Positions 55,570 to 64,000 of a DNA stretch of 64,000 nucleotides are shown piece after piece. Source of the stretch: an uncultured delta proteobacterium (GTDB taxonomy: Bacteria; Myxococcota_A; Polyangia; Polyangiales; Houyiibacteriaceae); NCBI GenBank assembly GCA_963746475.1, contig CAVVBB010000002.1, positions 390,639-454,638 on the forward strand, written 5' to 3'. Within the stretch, counting starts at the first letter, position 1; every line of letters begins with the position of its first letter. The notes below the pieces were generated by a model that did not search any database, was not told the origin of the DNA, and saw nothing but the letters and a program-made list of their open reading frames with translations. The position numbers and the translations under genes are program-made.

Positions 55570-56994
55570 ATGAGTCTTCCCTTCCGGCTGATACGTTCGA
55601 TCCTCACCTTCGGTGTGATCTTCCTTAGCTATATGCTTCAGCTGGGTCTGGTCAAGCTCTTCCGTCGATGGCAGCTGGACCCTGAGACGGGGAGGGAGCA
55701 GGCGCTCATGCCCGGCTGGCTGGAGCGGCGGCAGGCCCGCGTCGACGACAGGAACGCAAAGCGCCTCCTGAATGGCATGCTCAAGCTTCGGGGCGTCTAC
55801 ATCAAGCTCGGTCAGGTTCTGTCCGTGATGGGCGGTTTCCTTCCGATGACCTACACCCGCGAGCTCGAGTCGCTACAGGACGACGTGCCGCCGCAGCCCT
55901 TCGACGAGATCGAGCAGGCTTTTGTGAAAAGTCTCGGCGCCCAGCCCGAGGCGTTCTTCTCCAGCATCGAGCGGGAGCCAGTCGCCGCGGCCTCGCTGGG
56001 GCAGGTTCACGTTGCCTACCTTCCCGACGGCACCAAGGTCGCCGTCAAAATCCTATATCCCGGTATCCGCGACGTCGTCCGGACGGACATGCGTGTCGTG
56101 AAGCTCATGATCCGCGTCTACAAGCGGTTCTTTCCCGTACAAAACATCGACTCCGTCCACCGGGCTCTGGTCGACCTGCTGCGTCGGGAGACCGATTACG
56201 TGCACGAGGCGGGCTGCATGCAGCGAATGGCCGCCAATTTTGCCGACGATGATCACATCGTGTTCCCAGAAGTCATTCCAGACGTCAGCAGCGCCGATGT
56301 GCTCACCATGACCTTCATGGAGGGCATCAAGATCACGCGGCTCGACGCGATTCGGGCGGCAGGGATCGACCTCGACAAGCTCGCGACGAGGTTGGTGCAG
56401 AGCTTTTACAAGCAGCTCTTCGTGCACCGCTTCTTCCACGCGGACCCCCATCCTGGAAATTTCCTCGTTCAGCCCATCGAGGGCAGCGATGACGCCAGAA
56501 TCGTCGTTTTGGACTTCGGCGCCATCAGCGAGGTGAACAAGGTCACCGTGGACGGCATGGTCGACGTGCTCCGCGGTTTTTTCGAGCAGAACGATGCGCT
56601 CGTCATGAGAGGTATCGAGCTGATGGGGTTCGTGGCGGAGGACGGCGACCGCGGTCTGCTCGAAAAGACCGTCAAGATGTATTTCCAGAAGCTCCTCAAG
56701 CTGAAGGCGCACACGCCGGCCGCGCTGATGAACGCGAACGTCAAGGAGCTCGAGGCCCTCGCCGATCCCGAGGTGGAACGGCGCGAGCTTCGCACGCTGA
56801 TGCGTTCGTTCGTGTATCCGGACGGCTGGTTCTACGTCGAGCGGGCTGCCGTGATGATGTTCTGGCTGAGTGGTCGCATTTCTCCGAATCTCGACCCGAT
56901 GAAGGTCGGATTTCCCTACGTGCTCCCTCTGCTCAGCGAGCGCATCGCCTCGCAGCCACCCCCGCCTGCGCACCCGGCCGGGGCAGGGGCTTGA
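55570..56994 (+). CDS. ABC1/UbiB (AarF) atypical kinase family protein
   Basis: ATG at 55570. IKLGQVLS, AAASLGQVHVAYLPDGTKVAVKILYPG, FHADPHPGNFLV. Confidence 0.85.
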   Translation: MSLPFRLIRSILTFGVIFLSYMLQLGLVKLFRRWQLDPETGREQALMPGWLERRQARVDDRNAKRLLNGMLKLRGVYIKLGQVLSVMGGFLPMTYTRELESLQDDVPPQPFDEIEQAFVKSLGAQPEAFFSSIEREPVAAASLGQVHVAYLPDGTKVAVKILYPGIRDVVRTDMRVVKLMIRVYKRFFPVQNIDSVHRALVDLLRRETDYVHEAGCMQRMAANFADDDHIVFPEVIPDVSSADVLTMTFMEGIKITRLDAIRAAGIDLDKLATRLVQSFYKQLFVHRFFHADPHPGNFLVQPIEGSDDARIVVLDFGAISEVNKVTVDGMVDVLRGFFEQNDALVMRGIELMGFVAEDGDRGLLEKTVKMYFQKLLKLKAHTPAALMNANVKELEALADPEVERRELRTLMRSFVYPDGWFYVERAAVMMFWLSGRISPNLDPMKVGFPYVLPLLSERIASQPPPPAHPAGAGA

Positions 56995-57420
56995 ATGCCT
57001 GGGCGCATCGCAGGCATTGATTTTGGCGAGGCCCGCATCGGCGTCGCGATTTCAGACGAGCTGCAAAACATCGCGTTTCCACGTGAGACGGTCCATGCGG
57101 CCAAGAAGCTCGCGCACACCGTGCAGCGGGTTTGCCAGGCGCTGGCCGATGAAGAGCTCGACACGGTCGTAGTCGGCCTGCCACTCAGACTCGACGGCAC
57201 GGAGGGTGAGGCCGCGAGGCGAGCAAGGGTGTTCGGAGGAGCCCTTCGGGAGGCGCTCGGCGTGGATGTCGAGTATTGGGATGAGCGCATGACGACCGTG
57301 GCGGCGGAGCGATCTTTGCGGGATATTGGAGTTCGGGGGGCGAGTCGGCGCGCCGTCGTGGATCAGTCCGCCGCTGCGCTCATGCTTCAAGGGTACCTGG
57401 ACGCGCATTCGCGCTCATAA
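56995..57420 (+). CDS. ruvX: Holliday junction resolvase-like protein RuvX (YqgF)
   Basis: 141 aa. IAGIDFGEARIGVAISD. The start abuts the upstream stop (TGAATG). Confidence 0.85.
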   Translation: MPGRIAGIDFGEARIGVAISDELQNIAFPRETVHAAKKLAHTVQRVCQALADEELDTVVVGLPLRLDGTEGEAARRARVFGGALREALGVDVEYWDERMTTVAAERSLRDIGVRGASRRAVVDQSAAALMLQGYLDAHSRS

Positions 57421-57429
57421 GGGAAGGGA

Positions 57430-58559
57430 ATGGCTAGGAAGACGATCGAGCGGGTGACCAGACCGAGCATGATCGAGGTGATCGCTAGACGCGTGTCTGA
57501 TCACCGCATCGTGCTCATGTGGTTGGCGACGCTGGTGGTCGCTGCGGTCGTCCTTTGCTTTGCCTGGCTATTCATCGTGTATCCGGACAGCGACGGACCG
57601 CGAAGCACACGCTCCGAGCTGATCATCGAAGTCGAGCCGGGGACGAGCCTCAAGGAACTCGCCAGCCGACTCCAACGCGAGCAGGTGATTGCGGACGCGC
57701 CAATCTGGACGATTTACATGCGCCTGCGTGGTCTCGACCGGCACCTCCGGACCGGTTCGGTGCGCTTCCCGCTGCCGGTGACGCCGGAGCTCGCCGCGCG
57801 CTACGCCACGACGGGGCTCGGACGCATCCAGATCCCCGTCCTGATCCCGGAAGGCTTCAATCGCTACGAGATCGCGGCCCGTCTGCAGGAATTCGGGATT
57901 TGCGATGCAGAGGACTTCATCGAAGCCACCCAAGATGCCTCCTTACTGGCGAGCTATGGAATCGAGGCCGACAGCGCGGAGGGCTACCTCTTTCCGGACA
58001 CCTACGACTTCGCCGATCGCACTAAGGCTAGGCGGGTGGTGGAGCGCATGCTCGTGAACTGGACCCGGCACTACGAAGCCCTGCGCGACGAGCACGGTGA
58101 GACCTTGGACAAGCTCAAGGGCTGGACGACGCACGACATCGTCACCTTGGCGTCCATCGTCGAGGAGGAGGCCGCGGTGGCCCTCGAACGGCCCCGGATT
58201 GCCGGGGTGTTCTGGAACCGCCTGCGCTCGAAAAATTCCTGCCCCGCAGGCGGCTTCAGGCTGATCCGACCGTCTCCTATGGCTGCGTGGTGGAGCCGGA
58301 CGCAGCCCAATCCTGCGAGGGCTTCAGCGGTGACATTACCCGCGCGATGCTGGAGGACGAAGACAACCGGTACAACACGTACCGCCATTCGGGCTTGCCG
58401 CCAGGGCCCATCACCAACCCCGGAGAGGCGGCGCTTCGTGCGGTCATCGAGCCCGAGCGGCACAACTACTTCTACTTCGTCGCCCGAGGGCAGGGGCGCC
58501 ACGCTTTCAGTCGGACCCTGGGTGAGCACAACCGCGCCATGCGCGAGTATCTACAGTAA
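57430..58559 (+). CDS. mltG: endolytic murein transglycosylase MltG (YceG), with an apparent 1-nt deletion in the A-run at 58231-58235
   Basis: N-terminal TM helix, YceG core ..IPEGFNRYEIA..EGYLFPDTY..ASIVEEEA..ERPRIAGVFWNRLRS. The conserved end (K)KFLPRRRLQADPTVSYG...NRYNTYRHSGLPPGPITNPGEAALRAV..YFYFVARGQGRHAFSRTLGEHN continues in the -1 frame and stops at 58559. The total length is 3n-1. Confidence 0.85.
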
Positions 58560-58574
58560 GAGGGGGCGGGGTTC

Positions 58575-59555
58575 ATGGGCCTGTTCGGGAAAGAGGACAA
58601 GCAACTCGGGCTCTTCGACACGGAGGATGAAGCCGAGGCGCCCGACACGACGGGCCGACTGCTAGAGCTACGAGAGCGTTTGCCGGACCGCTTGCGACTG
58701 GGGACGTCCAGCTGGACGTTTCCCGGTTGGGCCGGCCTCGTGTACCAAAGACGCTATCCGAACCAGCGCAGTTTCGTCCGGGAGTCGCTGGGTGAGTATG
58801 CCCAGCACCCACTCATGCGCACTGTCGGCGTGGACCGCAGTTACTACACGCCGGTGCCTGCGGCGGACTTGGCCGACTATGCCGAGCAGCTTCCGGCGGA
58901 CTTTCGAGCCGCCATCAAGGTCTGGCAGCAGGTGTCGATGCCCGTCTATCCGCGCCATGCGAGTTATGGGGCGCGCGCCGGGCAGCGCAACTCGGCCTTC
59001 CTCGACGCAGGGCTCTTCGAAAAAGAGATGTTCGCGCCGGTTCACTCCAGGTTTGCCGCGTACATGGGGCCCTGGATTTTGGAGATTGCTCCTTCGCCGG
59101 TTCCGATCGAGCCCGACTGGTTTTGCGAAAGGCTCGGCACCTTTCTCTCGAAGGTCCCGCGCGACTTCCCGTTTGCGGTCGAGCTTCGTGACCCTCGCTT
59201 GCTCACGCCGGGCTATGTCGCGACGCTTCGAGAGCACGACGCCTCCCACGTGTTCAACTACTGGTCGAAGATGCCCTCGCTGAAGGAGCAGCTTGCCGTG
59301 CCGGGACTCTTGAGCGGGCCCGTCAACGTCGTTCGCCTGCTGCTCCCACCGGGCCGACGGTACGATGAGCTCAAGAAGGCCTATGCACCCTTCGACCGCC
59401 TCGTCGCTCCGCAGCCCCAGATGCGCAGTGACGTCGTCGATGTCGTTCGCAAGGCCCTCGAGCGCGACATGGAGTCCTACGTCATCGTCAACAACAAGGC
59501 CGAGGGCTGCTCTCCACTGACGGTCGCTGCGCTCGCGGAGCGTCTGGCGGAGTAG
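58575..59555 (+). CDS. DUF72 (UPF0759) family protein
   Basis: 326 aa. [13 protein letters not shown] motif and TIM-barrel-like pattern. Confidence 0.7.
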   Translation: MGLFGKEDKQLGLFDTEDEAEAPDTTGRLLELRERLPDRLRLGTSSWTFPGWAGLVYQRRYPNQRSFVRESLGEYAQHPLMRTVGVDRSYYTPVPAADLADYAEQLPADFRAAIKVWQQVSMPVYPRHASYGARAGQRNSAFLDAGLFEKEMFAPVHSRFAAYMGPWILEIAPSPVPIEPDWFCERLGTFLSKVPRDFPFAVELRDPRLLTPGYVATLREHDASHVFNYWSKMPSLKEQLAVPGLLSGPVNVVRLLLPPGRRYDELKKAYAPFDRLVAPQPQMRSDVVDVVRKALERDMESYVIVNNKAEGCSPLTVAALAERLAE

Positions 59556-59592
59556 GTTGCTCTCCCCCGGGGCGCCCGGTTATGGTCCGCCC

Positions 59593-60207
59593 ATGACCGC
59601 ACCGAAGGGCACGAACCTGACCTGGCACATCGGCGAAGTCGACCAAGCGGCACGGACGGTCGCGCACGGGCATTCTGGCGCGACGCTCTGGTTCACCGGC
59701 CTGTCGGGATCGGGCAAGAGCACCATCGCGCACCGGCTCGAACGCGCGCTGATCGAGCGAGGGGCCTTTGCCTATGTGCTGGACGGCGACAATGTCCGCC
59801 ATGGCCTCAATCGAGATTTGGGCTTCTCTGCGGAGGACCGGGTCGAGAATATCCGGCGCATCGGCGAGGTGGCTCGGCTCTTCACGAACGCCGGGGCCAT
59901 CGTCATCACAGCTTTCATTTCGCCCTACCGCAGCGACAGGGAACGGGTACGCGAGCTGATGCCTAGCGGGCAGTTCATCGAGGTGTTCGTCGACACGCCG
60001 ATCGAGGTGTGCGAGGCGCGGGACCCGAAGGGGCTTTACAAAAAGGTTAGGTCGGGAGACATCAAGAACTTCACGGGCATCGATGCCCCCTACGAAGCAC
60101 CCAAGGCTCCGGAGGTGCACTTGCGGACGGAAGAGCTGAGCGTCGACGAGGCTGCCGCCATGGTAGTGCAATATCTCGCGAAGCATGGGATCCTTGAGGC
60201 CCCGTGA
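59593..60207 (+). CDS. cysC: adenylyl-sulfate kinase
   Basis: ATG at 59593. [45 protein letters not shown]. Confidence 0.9.
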   Translation: MTAPKGTNLTWHIGEVDQAARTVAHGHSGATLWFTGLSGSGKSTIAHRLERALIERGAFAYVLDGDNVRHGLNRDLGFSAEDRVENIRRIGEVARLFTNAGAIVITAFISPYRSDRERVRELMPSGQFIEVFVDTPIEVCEARDPKGLYKKVRSGDIKNFTGIDAPYEAPKAPEVHLRTEELSVDEAAAMVVQYLAKHGILEAP

Positions 60208-61919
60208 TGTCCTCTCTCAAGGAAATGTGGCGTCGATTGCCCGACGAGGTCGACGTCGCCGTCATCGGGGGTGGCATCACCGGTGCCGGCATTGCGCGCG
60301 ATGCGGCCCGGCGCGGGCTGCGCGTGGCCCTGTTCGAAGAGAAGGACCTCGCGTTCGGTACGAGCTCGCGCTCTAGCAAGCTCGTCCACGGGGGGCTTCG
60401 CTATCTCGAAAGCTACGAATTCAGCTTGGTGTTCGAGTCGGTCAGTGAGCGTCGCGTATTGCTCGATCTGGCGCCACACTTGGTGAGCCCGCTGGCCTTC
60501 TTGTTTCCGGTGTACGAAGGTTCGCGGCAGAACATCTGGATGATCCAAGCCGGCATGTGGCTGTACGAGGGCTTGTCGCTCTTTCGTTCTCCGAAGCCGC
60601 ACCGGCGAGTCAAGCCGCAGGAAGTCCCTGCGCTCGAGCCAGCGTTACGCCTGGAGGGGCTTCAGGGAGCGCCTCTCTACTACGACTGCTCCACCAACGA
60701 TGCACGTCTCACTCTGGAGAACGCGCTCGATGCGATCGATCACGGTGCACTAGTCCTCACTGGGGCGCGGGTGACCGGCTTCATCAAGGACGAACGCTGG
60801 CGCATCCAGGGCGTCACCGTGCACAACACGCGAGAGGGGACGACGCACCGAATTCGCGCGCACGCCGTCATCAACGCGACCGGTCCCTGGACCGACCGCA
60901 TTCTGGCGATGAGCAGTCAGGGTCCAGGGCGGCTCCTTCGGCCGACCAAGGGCGTTCACATCGTCGTGGACCACGACAAGCTTCCGGTGAGGCACGCGGT
61001 CGTTTGTTTCCATCCGACAGATGAGCGAGTGCTCTTCACGATTCCCTGGGGCAATCGCACGTACGTAGGCACGACCGACACGGACTATTCGGGAGTACCA
61101 GGCGAAGAGGTCGCCACGCTCGCGGACGTGGACTACCTCATCGACGCCGCCAATGCGTACTTCCCATGCAATCAGATCGACCGGGATGACGTCATCGCCA
61201 CCTGGGCGGGTCTACGCCCGCTCATCGCTCCAGAGGCGAATGCTGGCAAGCTCGCCGCGTCGAAGGTCAGCCGCGAACACCAGGTTCTCGTCGGCGAGGA
61301 CGGGCTGATCACCATTGCTGGTGGCAAGCTCACGACCTACCGGAAGATGGCTGAGGAAGTCGTGGACACCGCCGTTCAGCTCTTGCGGCTCTCGGGGACG
61401 CTTCCTGGGGAGCTGCAGCGGACCCAGAGCGACAAAGCGCCCTTGCCGGGCGCGGTTGGATGGCCGCGGGACGACGATCGGGCCGAGGTCGCGAGCCAGG
61501 TGCGGTCCGCGGCGCGCGACACGCTGAGCCTAGAGGTCTGCGAGCATCTCGTCGAAACCTACGGAATGCGTGCGTTCGAGCTCGCGGAGCGCTGCGTCGA
61601 TGCGCCAGAGCTGAGGGAGCCTCTGATCGAGGGCAGGCCGGAGATTGTCGCGCAGGTGGACTGGAGCGTCAGCAACGAGCTCGCTTCGAGCGTCAGCGAT
61701 GTCATGATTCGCCGCACCGAGCTGTTCTACCGCGATGTAGACCAGGGCCTCGGCGCGGCGGACAAGGTCGCTCGCCGCATGGCTGAGATCCTCGGATGGG
61801 CTGACGCGGAGCGGCAGGCTTCCCTGGACGCCTACCGGCAGGACGTCGCAGCATCCAGGCGTTGGCGAACGGAGATCGACGCGTCGACTAAGTCCCCATC
61901 GCGGGGAGCTTCAGCTTGA
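60207..61919 (+). CDS. glpD: FAD-dependent glycerol-3-phosphate dehydrogenase/oxidase
   Basis: The start overlaps the cysC stop (GTGATG). DVAVIGGGITGAGIARDAARRG, SSRSSKLVHGGLRYLE. Confidence 0.85.
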   Translation: MSSLKEMWRRLPDEVDVAVIGGGITGAGIARDAARRGLRVALFEEKDLAFGTSSRSSKLVHGGLRYLESYEFSLVFESVSERRVLLDLAPHLVSPLAFLFPVYEGSRQNIWMIQAGMWLYEGLSLFRSPKPHRRVKPQEVPALEPALRLEGLQGAPLYYDCSTNDARLTLENALDAIDHGALVLTGARVTGFIKDERWRIQGVTVHNTREGTTHRIRAHAVINATGPWTDRILAMSSQGPGRLLRPTKGVHIVVDHDKLPVRHAVVCFHPTDERVLFTIPWGNRTYVGTTDTDYSGVPGEEVATLADVDYLIDAANAYFPCNQIDRDDVIATWAGLRPLIAPEANAGKLAASKVSREHQVLVGEDGLITIAGGKLTTYRKMAEEVVDTAVQLLRLSGTLPGELQRTQSDKAPLPGAVGWPRDDDRAEVASQVRSAARDTLSLEVCEHLVETYGMRAFELAERCVDAPELREPLIEGRPEIVAQVDWSVSNELASSVSDVMIRRTELFYRDVDQGLGAADKVARRMAEILGWADAERQASLDAYRQDVAASRRWRTEIDASTKSPSRGASA

Positions 61920-62505
61920 GCGAGAGCGCACCTGGCTCGACCTGCAGTGACTCGACCTCGAGCATCTCCAAGATCATCGCCGCCGCACCACGGGCTGAAG
62001 CGAATCGTCGAATCGCCGGAACTGTACGAAGGTCGACGCGGACCCGCTCCGGGCTTTCGCGCTCGACGATGGCGCCCCCCAAGTCTCTCGTTTGCTGGGG
62101 CATGGCCATGGGCCAGGCGGCTTGGGCGATGCAACCCGCGAGCGCCGCGACAATCGAGCTGTTCGACTGACCCGGCGGCTCGACGCCAAACGCAACCTCC
62201 TTCGCGCCGCGTGGGGCGAAGCGCACCGAAAGCGGCGCCAGGCTGAAACTCACGTCTGCGCCGCTGCTCAGGCTGGCATGGACGTGGATCCGTCCCGTCC
62301 GACAGGAGACCATGGCGGCCTCGACCCCCTCGGCGTGCGCGGCCGCGGCGGTCAGAATTTCGTCGGTGATCCGCGAGGTCCGCTGCACTAGACGCTGCAC
62401 CGCCTCGCGCCCCAGGCTGGCGACGCGCGTGCTCGAGAGTTGATGAGCGGCCCGGTCCGCGGCGGCGCGGATCCAGCTGCGTAAAAGATCGATGCCTTGA
62501 CTCAT
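61888..62505 (-). CDS. hypothetical protein (205 aa)
   Basis: The ATG overlaps the radical SAM stop (ATGA). Composition is protein-like, unlike the R/P/G-rich alternative frame at 61832-62551. No family recognised. Confidence 0.55.
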   Translation of the reverse strand: MSQGIDLLRSWIRAAADRAAHQLSSTRVASLGREAVQRLVQRTSRITDEILTAAAAHAEGVEAAMVSCRTGRIHVHASLSSGADVSFSLAPLSVRFAPRGAKEVAFGVEPPGQSNSSIVAALAGCIAQAAWPMAMPQQTRDLGGAIVERESPERVRVDLRTVPAIRRFASARGAAAMILEMLEVESLQVEPGALSLKLKLPAMGT

Positions 62506-64000
62506 ACGGCGACTCGCATGGCTGATTTGTCTCGAAGGGCCTCGAGCGCAAGCGGCGGCACGGCGCCCGAGCGTCGCTGCGCGTAAAACCCAGCGCGGAC
62601 CATGCGCGCGTCCAAGCCGCTGACGCCCGTGAGCGCCTGCAGGACCTCGACGGGTCTGGGTGTCGTAGAGCCGCCCAGCCTGAGGCGGATCCTTACAGGG
62701 ATCAAGTCACCCACGAAGCCGGCGGCGGCCAGCACCGTCCCTCCTTCGCCCACACGGGTGTCGATGAGTGCGGTGCTGATATCCACACGCTTCTTGATGC
62801 CGCGGATGTCTCGCCAGACGAACAGGTCGTCATGTTTGGCCGCGGCCGCGAGGCGCTCATGCAGGGCCGACTCGTTGGGGGCACCGAGCTCGGGCAGGAG
62901 CTGGCGGGGAAGGGCGGCGACGTACTCGACCTCTTCGAGGACGCGGTTCAGGGCCTGGTCCTGCGGGCCGAGAACGACGTGGCCGAAGAACTCCATGCCT
63001 TCGAGGGCGACCGCGTTCAAGCGGTCACAGAGATCGTCGAGCTTGGGCCCTTCGCGCTCGCGAAGGCGAATGTCGAGATGCTCCGCCAGACTGCTGGTGC
63101 CGACGGCCAGGGCAGGGCCGAAGGTGAGCTGTGGCTTGGGATGAAAGCCCTCAGTGTAGTGCAAAGGAAGCCCCGCGCGTCGCAAGATTCGCGGGAAGGT
63201 GCGCACGAGATCCAGGTGAGAGATGTAAGCGACCCTGCCGAGCTTGCGGTAGCCGACGCGAACGCGAATGCTGGGGCCCTGGTCGACGTCTCGGAAAGGG
63301 CGGCGGTCCGTGACTTCGGCCTCGTCCCCGCTGTCCGACGATTCGGGGCTTTGCACCTTGGCAATCGGCTCGAGGGCGTCCATGCGGTTCAAGAAGACAA
63401 GCCGCTCTTCGCGCATTTGTGTGAGGTCGCAAGCGACACCGCAGTCGTAGCAAACCAGGCGGCGTGCGTCGGCCTCCGCCTCCGCGACGTTCGTGTGATG
63501 GACGAAGTTGCCGACCGCCTTGCCACAGGGTGGGCTCAGCCGGTTTCGAAGCGCCTTGCGATACTCCCTGGCGAGGAATCCCTCCGCCAGAGACACATCG
63601 ATGTGACTCCAAGGAAGACGCGCGGTCACCGGAATCGTGCCGAGGAACAGCTGCGGGTCGATGCCCGTTTCTTCGAAGGCCTCGTTCCAGGCGGACAGGT
63701 CGAGCTGCTCGTCCCAGGAATCGAACCGTGCCCCGCGGCGATAAGCGCCGAGGATGACCTCGCCCAGACGTCGGTCGCCACGGGCGAGCGCGCCCTCTAG
63801 CCAGGATCCGGCAGCGTTGTGCATCTTGAGCTGGATGCGTGTCCGCTCGGCTGTCTCCCGAAGAAGAGCCTGTTTTCGCAGCACCTCCTCGCGGCTGTCC
63901 ATGGCACACCATTGAAATGGCGTGTGAGGCTTTGGGACGTGCGTCGAAACGCTCACCGTGACCCGAGCGCGCTTGCTTTTTTGAACTCTTCGGGCGACCT
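62502..64000 (-). CDS. radical SAM protein (TIGR03960-like) fused to a DUF2344/TIGR03936-like C-terminal domain; 5' end outside the window
   Basis: The frame is open to the window edge. VSTHVPKPHTPFQW and the following helical region match the end of the B12-binding radical SAM family. The C-terminal IRVRVGYRKLGRVAYISHLDLVRTFPRILRRAGLPLHYTEGFHPKPQLTFGPAL is DUF2344-like. Confidence 0.7.
   Translation of the reverse strand, partial: VARRVQKSKRARVTVSVSTHVPKPHTPFQWCAMDSREEVLRKQALLRETAERTRIQLKMHNAAGSWLEGALARGDRRLGEVILGAYRRGARFDSWDEQLDLSAWNEAFEETGIDPQLFLGTIPVTARLPWSHIDVSLAEGFLAREYRKALRNRLSPPCGKAVGNFVHHTNVAEAEADARRLVCYDCGVACDLTQMREERLVFLNRMDALEPIAKVQSPESSDSGDEAEVTDRRPFRDVDQGPSIRVRVGYRKLGRVAYISHLDLVRTFPRILRRAGLPLHYTEGFHPKPQLTFGPALAVGTSSLAEHLDIRLREREGPKLDDLCDRLNAVALEGMEFFGHVVLGPQDQALNRVLEEVEYVAALPRQLLPELGAPNESALHERLAAAAKHDDLFVWRDIRGIKKRVDISTALIDTRVGEGGTVLAAAGFVGDLIPVRIRLRLGGSTTPRPVEVLQALTGVSGLDARMVRAGFYAQRRSGAVPPLALEALRDKSAMRVAV

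Noticed and set aside
57430-58665. 411-aa ORF-track version of mltG that extends over the DUF72 start
   Set aside because: The last ~140 codons are out-of-frame nonsense caused by the A-run indel. The conserved YceG C-terminus is in the -1 frame and ends at 58559.
61832-62551. 239-aa ORF in an alternative minus-strand frame to the 205-aa gene
   Set aside because: R/P/G-rich composition. The 205-aa frame looks protein-like and has an ATGA coupling to the upstream gene.

Overview
GC-rich bacterial chromosomal segment with a strong G/C preference at codon position 3. It is densely coded: about 60 protein genes, two tRNA genes and one decayed gene relic. I saw no rRNA, CRISPR array, transposase, integrase or phage genes. 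The gene content (PilD, a TPR plus cNMP-binding protein, many lipoproteins, DUF3556, an SxtJ cluster) suggests a Myxococcota-like Gram-negative organism, but that is inference only. Most of the window is housekeeping: apaG (partial), tsaC, trpBA, dnaE, proBA, rsfS-rlmH-comF, smpB, thrC, ruvX-mltG, cysC, glpD, tRNA-Glu and tRNA-Lys. It also holds an HME-RND czcCBA-type efflux operon and several small operons of poorly characterised genes. Many adjacent genes overlap by 4 nt (ATGA or GTGA), which supports the operon calls. The best candidate for something undescribed is the tight three-gene operon at 2938-8634. Its first gene is a 1135-aa exported and membrane protein whose N-terminal layout resembles the sensor half of MscK, but which ends in a cytoplasmic P-loop NTPase and a winged-helix-like region. 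A separate MscS channel and a UMF1 transporter follow it. The second candidate is an intact MutH endonuclease gene placed 6 nt downstream of dnaE. Other points: a DUF3556 / YrdC-like / flavin reductase operon; a YbjQ-YbjQ(TM)-M48 protease operon; a GntR-trpBA unit with a perfect palindromic operator; and a carbamoyltransferase-SxtJ-DUF5989 cluster next to a TreT-like glycosyltransferase. There is also a heavily deleted arylsulfatase relic. Three single-nucleotide frameshifts in short mononucleotide runs (proA, a cNMP-binding gene, mltG) look more like assembly errors than biology. All family assignments come from motif recognition by eye; no searches were run.
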